Assembly (NCBI GenBank): GCA_964637885.1
Contig: CAZWXO010000003.1
Span: 5 to 64,004 of the forward strand
From: an uncultured bacterium
GTDB lineage: Bacteria > Bacillota > CAZWXO01
Direction of reading: 5' to 3'
Length of the DNA stretch: 64,000 bases
Shown here piece by piece: positions 9,843 to 16,670 of the stretch (the stretch's first letter is position 1; every line of letters starts with the position of its first letter). Below the pieces are notes generated by a model. That model saw nothing but the letters and a program-made list of their open reading frames with translations. It searched no databases and was not told the DNA's origin. The position numbers and the translations under genes were made by a program.

Positions 9843-9899
9843 ATAGTCCGCTGAAAGTGTCACCCGGGTTGGAGCACAGGATCAGCGGACTATTTCATT
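9843..9899 (+). terminator. Long perfect hairpin (12-bp stem ATAGTCCGCTGA / TCAGCGGACTAT, 27-nt loop) followed by a U-rich tail. It is a candidate terminator or processing element.
   Basis: The inverted repeat is read from the sequence. The tail UUUCAUUUGUG is only moderately U-rich. Confidence 0.4.
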
Positions 9900-9912
9900 T
9901 GTGCGGATTTTA

Positions 9913-9941
9913 TTGACATCTTATTCCTAAGCAAGTAGAAT
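9913..9941 (+). promoter_or_regulatory. Near-consensus sigma-A promoter, TTGACA-17-TAGAAT.
   Basis: TTGACA sits at 9913-9918 and TAGAAT at 9936-9941. It drives the small ORF at 9979. Confidence 0.6.
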
Positions 9942-9978
9942 GACCGCAGTGATAGAATCGGAGAGGAGATGATCAGCA

Positions 9979-10203
9979 ATGCTCGAGGAAAAAGGCAAAC
10001 TGCTGGGAAAGTCCCTGAGTGACAGTGATCTTTTATTGGCTGCCGGAGGCACCCAGGGCGGGTATTTGGAAAAAACCGAAGTCTTTTGTAGCAAATGCGG
10101 AACACTTAACATCTTCTGCGAGTACGATCCGCTTCCCGGGGATGAAGTTACTCCTTCGCCAAGGAATTGCTCTAAATGCGGAGCGATAATTTATTATTGC
10201 TAA
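9979..10203 (+). CDS. Small Cys-rich protein of 74 aa. It has a double-glycine-type leader-like N-terminus (LSDSDLLLAAGG) and a C-terminal CxxC-22-CxxC zinc-ribbon-like core.
   Basis: An RBS GGAGAGGAG lies 10 nt upstream, and the promoter above precedes it. LSxxDLxxxxGG matches the class II bacteriocin leader consensus LSxxELxxIxGG. The core contains two CSKCG motifs plus a fifth Cys. Confidence 0.5.
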   Translation: MLEEKGKLLGKSLSDSDLLLAAGGTQGGYLEKTEVFCSKCGTLNIFCEYDPLPGDEVTPSPRNCSKCGAIIYYC

Positions 10204-10329
10204 CGACATTGTAAGCACCAATGTCAGGGGTGCGATGCTAGCTCGTGTAATTGTAAATTATCCTTTACAAGACTTCGAAAACATGATAACATGTGCACAT
10301 TAATTAAATAAGATTTCACCTCGTCTCGG

Positions 10330-10525
10330 AAAGAGATGAGCCAGAGGTCGCGAGAAGTAAGAGTAATATTCGCAAGGGGAGGCACCCGATGAGCGGATAT
10401 GAAAGGACTTTTCGCCGAAGCTGAGGTTTGTGCCTTCAAACCAAGGTTGGGCATGTATCGAATAGATGCATGACTGTCGCTTACACCATTCCCAAAGAGT
10501 GTAAGGGAAGCGCTGCTCATTCAAA
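10330..10525 (+). ncRNA. Lysine riboswitch (L-box) in the lysA leader.
   Basis: Conserved L-box blocks are present: AGAGGTCGCGAGAAGTAAGAGTA, GGGGAGGCACC, CGCCGAAGC, and ATGCATGACTGTCGC near the 3' end. P1 pairs GAGATGAGC with GCTCATTC. Confidence 0.7.
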
Positions 10526-10564
10526 GGGGAGAGAAGAGGAGGACCATCCGTCGACCTTTTATGG

Positions 10565-10609
10565 GGCCGCGAGGAGTTCTCTCTTCGCGGTCTTATTTTT
10601 TTATTTTTT
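10565..10609 (+). terminator. Intrinsic terminator/attenuator of the lysine riboswitch expression platform.
   Basis: The GGCCGCGAGGAG-TTCT-CTCTTCGCGGTC hairpin is followed by TTATTTTTTTATTTTTT. Confidence 0.75.
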
Positions 10610-10641
10610 AATAAAATATTACATAAAAGGGGATGTTAGGA

Positions 10642-12015
10642 ATGCATTTACGCGGAACAATGGAGATCAATGGAGCTGGAAATCTGAGTATCGGTGGCTG
10701 TGATACGGTGATGTTGGCAAAAAAGTATGGCACGCCACTGTATGTAGTTGACGAGCAAGGCATTAGGGAAAACTGTCGGCGACTTAGTTTTGCTCTGGCA
10801 AAACTACAGGTGCCGGCGCGGATTATTTATGCCGGCAAGGCGTTTTTAACCTTGGCGGTTTGCCGTATCATGCAAGAAGAGGGGATGGGGCTGGACCTAG
10901 TCTCTGGAGGCGAGCTCCACACTGCTGTGGCGGCAAAGTTTCCCATGGAAAAGGTATGTTTTCATGGGAACAACAAGAGTTATGAAGAATTGGAGCTGGC
11001 AATCGCTTCGGGAGTTGGTCGAATCGTTGTCGATAACTATTATGAACTTGAAATGCTTGGGCGGATAGCTTCACATGCTGGAGTTATGGCGGATATTTTG
11101 ATTCGTGTCACGCCGGGGGTTTCTGCGCATACCCACGAGTATATTCAGACGGGACAAGAAGATTCCAAGTTCGGGTTCGGGCTGGGGAGCAATCAGGCCC
11201 GAGAAGCGGCGCTTAAGGCATTGTCGATGCCGGCTATCCGTTTACATGGTTTTCATTGTCATATTGGCTCGCAGATATTTAATGAGGAATCCTTTGAGCT
11301 TGCTATCGATATTATGACGGATTTTATTCGCGAGATTCAAATTGAGACCGAATTTGTCACGAGAGAGCTTAATCTGGGTGGAGGCTGGGGTATCCGCTAT
11401 GTTGAGGGGGATAATCCGATGCCTTTGGAAGATTACGTCAGCTTTTTGGCGCAGGCTACTCAGATCAATTGTCAAGAGAAAGGCCTGGAGCAACCGTTGC
11501 TTATCTTCGAACCGGGGCGCGCTTTGGTTGGGGAAATGGGTACGACCTTGTATACTGTCGGGGCGATGAAGGATGTTGTCGGGCATCGGCGGTACCTTTC
11601 CGTGGATGGTGGAATGGGGGACAATCCTCGCTATGCTCTGTATCAGGCGGAGTACGAAGCCGAGCTGGTGACCAAGATTGACCAGCCCCACGATGACAGT
11701 TTTTGTATTGTGGGCAAGTGTTGCGAGTCTGGCGACGTTGTCATTAAAGAAATATCACTGCCATGCGCTGAGGCAGGGGATATCTTAGCTGTTTTTTGTA
11801 CCGGCGCCTATAATTATTCGATGTCCAGCAATTATAACCGCTTACCGCGACCCGCCGCTGTCCTTGTCGAAGGTGGCGAGGCTTCCTTGATTGTTCGGCG
11901 GGAGACCTACGATGATTTGCTGCGGAATGATATTTTACCGGAGCGCTTAGGATTTGTTCATAACCCGGATTTGGCGATTGACTGCGAGGAAGAATTGACT
12001 GAAGTTGCCTTATAA
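10642..12015 (+). CDS. lysA: Diaminopimelate decarboxylase.
   Basis: PLP fold-III decarboxylase motifs are present (NLGGGWGI, IFEPGRALVGEMG, CESGD). An RBS AAAGGGGA lies 8 nt upstream of ATG 10642. The longest ORF starts at 10633. Confidence 0.9.
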   Translation: MHLRGTMEINGAGNLSIGGCDTVMLAKKYGTPLYVVDEQGIRENCRRLSFALAKLQVPARIIYAGKAFLTLAVCRIMQEEGMGLDLVSGGELHTAVAAKFPMEKVCFHGNNKSYEELELAIASGVGRIVVDNYYELEMLGRIASHAGVMADILIRVTPGVSAHTHEYIQTGQEDSKFGFGLGSNQAREAALKALSMPAIRLHGFHCHIGSQIFNEESFELAIDIMTDFIREIQIETEFVTRELNLGGGWGIRYVEGDNPMPLEDYVSFLAQATQINCQEKGLEQPLLIFEPGRALVGEMGTTLYTVGAMKDVVGHRRYLSVDGGMGDNPRYALYQAEYEAELVTKIDQPHDDSFCIVGKCCESGDVVIKEISLPCAEAGDILAVFCTGAYNYSMSSNYNRLPRPAAVLVEGGEASLIVRRETYDDLLRNDILPERLGFVHNPDLAIDCEEELTEVAL

Positions 12016-12164
12016 GGGTAGCGAGAACGCGACGCGACAACAGATTATCAAAATGAGGATTTGTGTTAATATTTTTTTCGTAAAACTGCACACTACTTGG
12101 TCTTAAGTATCTATTGCTGCCATTTTTCGCAGCCCTGAAGAGTATGGACGCTGGATTATTTAAA

Positions 12165-12194
12165 CCGGACCTTTAAAAAGGTCCGGTTTTTTTT
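12165..12194 (+). terminator. Intrinsic terminator after lysA.
   Basis: CCGGACC-TTTAAAAA-GGTCCGG is followed by a T8 run. Confidence 0.8.
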
Positions 12195-12240
12195 GTGTCA
12201 AGAGAGATTTCTTATGGTAATATATGCAGGTAGGAGGTGG

Positions 12241-12543
12241 ATGAGTATGGTTAAATACGGGTTTATTTTGCAAGATGAAGGTTTTTCTGTTCCGCAAACG
12301 CAGTTGATGGAGTGTCCGGGTCTGGAGATGAAAATTGTCGGGGTTAATGCTTTTCCTGAGGCATGTCGGCAAGCAAAAATACTTGTCGAGGATGGCATCG
12401 ATTTTATTGAGCTTTGCGGTGCCTTCGAGGAGGGCCATTGCCAGGAGATCATCGATGCTGTCGATGGAAAGGTACCGGTGGGTTATGTAACTTATTCCGA
12501 AGCCGAAGCGGAAAAATTTGCCAAACTTTTTCCGGAGGGATAA
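12241..12543 (+). CDS. Small conserved hypothetical protein, about 100 aa.
   Basis: An RBS AGGAGGTGG lies immediately upstream of ATG 12241 (MSMVKYGF...). An extended -10 (TGgTAATAT, 12215-12223) lies upstream. I recognised no family. Confidence 0.45.
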   Translation: MSMVKYGFILQDEGFSVPQTQLMECPGLEMKIVGVNAFPEACRQAKILVEDGIDFIELCGAFEEGHCQEIIDAVDGKVPVGYVTYSEAEAEKFAKLFPEG

Positions 12544-12611
12544 CCATGCCGACAAGACCCGCGATTTGCCAGATCAAGGTGGAATGAAGATATAGTGATG
12601 GAGTGATTTAG

Positions 12612-13859
12612 CTGTTCGATGTTTTAGTAATTGGCGGTGGCCCGGCAGGGATGATGGCTGCGGTGACAGCGGCCGAAGCGGGGGCAAAGGTTGCCCTAAT
12701 CGAAAAAAATGAGCGGCTGGGTCGAAAGCTGGGGATAACTGGCAAGGGACGGTGCAATATAACTAATGTAGCCGGATTACAGGATTATATAGCTAGTTAT
12801 CTGGTAAACGGAAAGTTTATGCATGGGCCGCTGGCTGCGTTTTCACCCGAGGATACAATGGCTTGGTTCCAAAAACGCGGAGTAGAGCTGAAGGTGGAGC
12901 GTGGCGGGAGAGTTTTTCCTGCGTCGGAGCGGGCGGCTGATGTTGTCAACGCGATGCGCAATGCGCTGGCCGCCAATAATGTCCGAGTGCTAAGACCGAT
13001 GATTGTGACTAAAGTCGAGAGCCTGGAGTCGGAGGGAAATCGCAGTTTTGTCGTCAGCACTCCCTCGGAGTCAAAGTTTTCTGCTCGGAGGGTCATTGTT
13101 GCCACTGGTGGTCTCTCGTATACGGCGACTGGATGTACCGGGGACGGCTATCGCTTTGCCAGGGATTTTGGGCATCAGGTTTTGCAGCCTCGAGGGGCTT
13201 TGGTGGCCTTGATTGCGGACTGCGATGTCAAAAACTTGGCAGGGATTACGATGAAGAATATTTCTGTCCGGTTAAAGATCGATAAAAAAGTTTCGGCGGA
13301 TGAGTTCGGAGACTTGCTGTTTACCCATCAAGGTGTCAGTGGTCCGACAATCCTCACAACCAGCTCCAAAATGTCGATGCTGTTGGCTTTGCCTTTTAAG
13401 CGGGCTGAGTTGTCGATTGATTTGAAGCCAGCGTTGTCTCGGCAACAATTAATCGACCGCATTGGTCGGGAGATCGAAGAACACCCGGGCATGCATCATC
13501 AGAATTTATTAAACTTGCTGATGCCAAAAACTTTGGCTGTCTTTTGCGCTGAATTGTGGCATCTACCGATAGGGAAGAAGATTAAACAAATGCAAAGCGG
13601 AGAAATCGGCGAGTTGGCGGATTTGCTAAAGGGCTTTGTCTTGCCTATCAAGGGGACAGCTCCGGTAGAGGAAGCCATTGTGACTGCCGGGGGCGTTAGT
13701 CTTAGAGAAATTGACCCTCGCAGTATGGAATCAAAGCTGATCGAGGGGTTGTTTTTTGCTGGCGAGGTGGTTGATGTGGACGGCTTGACGGGTGGATTTA
13801 ATTTGCAAATGTGCTATTCCACTGGTTTTTTGGCGGGGCGCATGGCTGGATCTAAGTAA
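12612..13859 (+). CDS. FAD-dependent oxidoreductase, HI0933/BaiN-like flavoprotein family.
   Basis: The Rossmann motif DVLVIGGGPAGMMAA and the family-typical GRCNITN block are present. The dinucleotide-binding motif lies upstream of the first ATG (12651) and in frame after stop TAG 12609-11, with no ATG/GTG/TTG in between. A rare start (CTG 12612 or ATT 12630) is implied. Confidence 0.75.
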   Translation: MFDVLVIGGGPAGMMAAVTAAEAGAKVALIEKNERLGRKLGITGKGRCNITNVAGLQDYIASYLVNGKFMHGPLAAFSPEDTMAWFQKRGVELKVERGGRVFPASERAADVVNAMRNALAANNVRVLRPMIVTKVESLESEGNRSFVVSTPSESKFSARRVIVATGGLSYTATGCTGDGYRFARDFGHQVLQPRGALVALIADCDVKNLAGITMKNISVRLKIDKKVSADEFGDLLFTHQGVSGPTILTTSSKMSMLLALPFKRAELSIDLKPALSRQQLIDRIGREIEEHPGMHHQNLLNLLMPKTLAVFCAELWHLPIGKKIKQMQSGEIGELADLLKGFVLPIKGTAPVEEAIVTAGGVSLREIDPRSMESKLIEGLFFAGEVVDVDGLTGGFNLQMCYSTGFLAGRMAGSK

Positions 13860-13889
13860 ATAATTGAATCGAACATTCGGAGGGATTTA

Positions 13890-14336
13890 TTGATGCCGGA
13901 AAAAACAAGCAAGGATATTGCGCGAGCAGCCATGAAAATGGCCTTTTCGATTGACCGCAGTGAGGAAGATAATTACAAAACATTGCTGTTGCGCGAAGGT
14001 ATTAAAGCGGGAGCAGTGGATTGCGGGGGCGAATTTAATTCCTCTTTACAAAAATTTATTGAGCGGGCAATAGTTGCGGCTCGGCGAGAGGGCGTCATCC
14101 TCGAAACTCATGTGGAGGAGGGCGCTGTCGCTGGAGCTGCCCATGAAGCGCTGATCCAAATCTTACCTAAGGCGACTGGTCTCAATGTCGGGGGCAAAAT
14201 TGGATTTGCCAGGCAAGGCGACCACATCAGCGTGGCGGTATTTTTTGCCATCGGGATGGGGCATCTCAATGAGGTTGGAATTGGCATGGGGCATCGAGCA
14301 GTTCCTGCGCTGGCAGAAGGGATTGAGACGCGATGA
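13890..14336 (+). CDS. HutP-family protein (RNA-binding antiterminator-like).
   Basis: The 148-aa protein aligns with B. subtilis HutP, especially at its C-terminal end (GGKIGFARQGDHISVAVFFAIGMGHLNEVGIGMGH versus GDWIAVSLYGTIGAPIKGLEHETFGVGINHI). Confidence 0.65.
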   Translation: MMPEKTSKDIARAAMKMAFSIDRSEEDNYKTLLLREGIKAGAVDCGGEFNSSLQKFIERAIVAARREGVILETHVEEGAVAGAAHEALIQILPKATGLNVGGKIGFARQGDHISVAVFFAIGMGHLNEVGIGMGHRAVPALAEGIETR

Positions 14337-14716
14337 TGCGAGGAATTCGGGGTGCTATTGTTGCTCGTGGAATCGGTAAGAATGATGTCCTTGAGGCTAC
14401 CGAGGAATTATTGTGCCAGCTTGTCAGTGACAATGATCTGGCGATCGAGGATATCGGAGCGGTTCTTTTTTCGGTGACACCGGACATTCAGGTTGCGTTT
14501 CCCGCGGCGGCGGCGCGGCGGCTGGGATGGCAATATGTGCCTTTGTTTGATTGTCTAGAAATTGGAGTCGAAGATGGTCTGGCCGCTTGTATCCGTGTTT
14601 TGGTGCTGGCAGAAATGACTGTGACGCAGAGGGATGTGCGACATGTATACCTCGGGGGGGCGCAGTGCCTTCGACCCGATTTGATATCAGGAAAAATTGC
14701 TGAAGGAGAATTTTGA
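14333..14716 (+). CDS. aroH: Monofunctional chorismate mutase, AroH type.
   Basis: MMRGIRGA...TPD...AFPA...CIRV...RHVYL...LRPDL is closely collinear with B. subtilis AroH (127 aa). An ATGA overlap joins it to the HutP-like gene. Confidence 0.8.
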   Translation: MMRGIRGAIVARGIGKNDVLEATEELLCQLVSDNDLAIEDIGAVLFSVTPDIQVAFPAAAARRLGWQYVPLFDCLEIGVEDGLAACIRVLVLAEMTVTQRDVRHVYLGGAQCLRPDLISGKIAEGEF

Positions 14717-15375
14717 TGCGCATTGCAATCGACGGGCCTTCGGGGGCTGGAAAGAGTACTATCGCTAAAGGGCTTGCAAATAGCCTTGGCTTTTTGTATA
14801 TTGACACAGGTGCGATGTATCGCGCGGTGGCTTATGGTGCTGCTTGCAATGGAATTGACTGGCACGACTGCGCTGCTGTCGAAGAATATGCCAGCAAGCA
14901 TGTCGTTGATTTAGTCAATAGCGAGAGTGGGCAAGATGTTTTGCTCGACGGAGAGCAGGTTACTGATTTAATTAGGACTCCGGAAATGAGTAGCGGTGCC
15001 TCGCTGGTGTCGGCCTATCTCGGTGTACGGAAGGTATTGGTCGAGCGCCAACAGGCTATGGCTGCCGCTAAGGATGTTGTGATGGATGGCCGGGATATCG
15101 GGACGCATGTCTTGCCGGATGCCGAATTAAAAATATTTTTAACGGCTACTCCGGAAGAAAGGTCACGGAGACGATTTCTTGAGCTGCAGGATAAAGGTGT
15201 CCAAACTACTCAGGAACAAGTTTTGCAAGACTTGATGCAGAGGGACCACGACGACTCGACTCGGCAGCACTCACCCTTGCGCCAAGCAGAGGATGCGGTG
15301 GAGCTCGATTCGACGAGTATGAGTATTCTGCAAGTAATCGAGGCTGTCGAGAAACTGGCTCTTGCTAGAAGATAG
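14716..15375 (+). CDS. cmk: Cytidylate kinase.
   Basis: MRIAIDGPSGAGKSTIAK matches the P-loop and Cmk N-terminus. An RBS AAGGAG lies 7 nt upstream. Confidence 0.9.
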   Translation: MRIAIDGPSGAGKSTIAKGLANSLGFLYIDTGAMYRAVAYGAACNGIDWHDCAAVEEYASKHVVDLVNSESGQDVLLDGEQVTDLIRTPEMSSGASLVSAYLGVRKVLVERQQAMAAAKDVVMDGRDIGTHVLPDAELKIFLTATPEERSRRRFLELQDKGVQTTQEQVLQDLMQRDHDDSTRQHSPLRQAEDAVELDSTSMSILQVIEAVEKLALARR

Positions 15376-15389
15376 AGGAGGATTTATGT

Positions 15390-16565
15390 TTGCTTAGATT
15401 GATGAAGCGATATTGCATCTTTTGTCTCATCGGTTTGTTGTCAGTCACTGCCATCGCAGGTTGCGGTAGTAATGGTGAAGAGGCGGACAGTGTTTTTTCA
15501 GGCGACAGTTTAGGCATTGCCGTTTTTTATGATAATGGTGCTGACACGGATAACTCTGATGTCAATCTTGCGGTGGCGCGGGGTGCGAAGCTGGCTGCGG
15601 GTGTTTTTGCCGACGCCGGCACCTATAGTATTGCCTTAAGCTTTGCGGGGAGGCGAGATTGGGATCAAGAAAGTTGTGTCGCTCCGGCTGAAGATTGGTT
15701 ACGACGCAAGCAAATTTCCGCGGTAATTCTTGCTCCTGGGACGGAGCTTCATTCCAAACTTAAAGTTTTTTTAAGCAAGCGAATGATTCCGATTATCTAT
15801 TTGGGTGAAACTGAGATTAAGAATTACGAGGATAACGAGATTTTCATGGGCGGTGAAGCTAAGAGCTCGTCAGCGGTGATGGCGAAATTTTTAGCTAATT
15901 ATATGAAGTACGAAAATATCGTCGTTCTTGGAAGGATTAACTCGCTTCATGCTCGACAAGAAGCGACTTTTCTTCGAAAACGCTTCAATCAGGAAAATCC
16001 GAAGGGTCAGGTTGTCGAGTTGCGTTTTTCGCAGACTACGCGGCAATTTGGGGATAAGATTAAGATCATAGCAAGGATGCAGCCCCAGGCGACATGTTTG
16101 GTGGGTGACGATGCGGAGCTGTTAGGACAATTCGCTGCCGAAGCCTTGCAGTCCGGAAAACCGCAAAATCTGGTCTTGGGATCTTCGGTGGATTTGGTGA
16201 CATTTGCCGAGGCTGCCGGTCCGGCCTCGGATCAGTGTTACGTTATCCGCGCTTATGACGGGAAAATGTCCCTTACCCGGCTTTCTAATTTGTTTAACGA
16301 AAGCTATGAGATGGTTTTTGCGAGCAAGCCTGGCAAGCTCGAGGGCCTCGCTTTCGACGCATTTATGATTATTCGTGAAGGTTGCTTAACCAAGGGGAGT
16401 ATTGATTCCAAAGATTTGCTCGACTATCTCCATAATTTGGAGGGATATTCGGGGGCTTCTGGAATATATGCCAACGACGGGAAAAGCGTTTTGTTGCGCA
16501 GCATGTTGGTAATTAAGCATGTCCATGATTTGCCGGAAGAGGTTGTGGCGGTTATCGATCCTTAA
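15390..16565 (+). CDS. Lipoprotein. It is a divergent type-I periplasmic binding protein, LivJ-like.
   Basis: A lipobox (AIAGC) is present. The PBP1-like composition shows weak similarity to the downstream Liv SBP. It is the first gene of the liv cluster. Confidence 0.5.
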   Translation: MLRLMKRYCIFCLIGLLSVTAIAGCGSNGEEADSVFSGDSLGIAVFYDNGADTDNSDVNLAVARGAKLAAGVFADAGTYSIALSFAGRRDWDQESCVAPAEDWLRRKQISAVILAPGTELHSKLKVFLSKRMIPIIYLGETEIKNYEDNEIFMGGEAKSSSAVMAKFLANYMKYENIVVLGRINSLHARQEATFLRKRFNQENPKGQVVELRFSQTTRQFGDKIKIIARMQPQATCLVGDDAELLGQFAAEALQSGKPQNLVLGSSVDLVTFAEAAGPASDQCYVIRAYDGKMSLTRLSNLFNESYEMVFASKPGKLEGLAFDAFMIIREGCLTKGSIDSKDLLDYLHNLEGYSGASGIYANDGKSVLLRSMLVIKHVHDLPEEVVAVIDP

Positions 16566-16670
16566 AGAGGGACTGGCATTGTTGTTAAGCGCTATGGCGC
16601 CTGACATAGTAGACAAGGGGATGTAGCACGGTAGCAAAGCTCAAGGAAATATGCAGGAGGGAAGAAAAAA

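Noticed and set aside
9890-10221. Three small minus-strand ORFs overlapping the small peptide gene
   Set aside because: The + strand ORF has a consensus promoter and RBS, and the minus-strand ORFs have neither. They were rejected as artefacts.
16566-16670. Candidate sigma-54 promoter TGGCAT-N-TTAAGC between the two liv binding-protein genes
   Set aside because: The spacing between GG and GC is 12 instead of 10, and the -12 element is not TTGC. I do not consider it a credible -24/-12 promoter.
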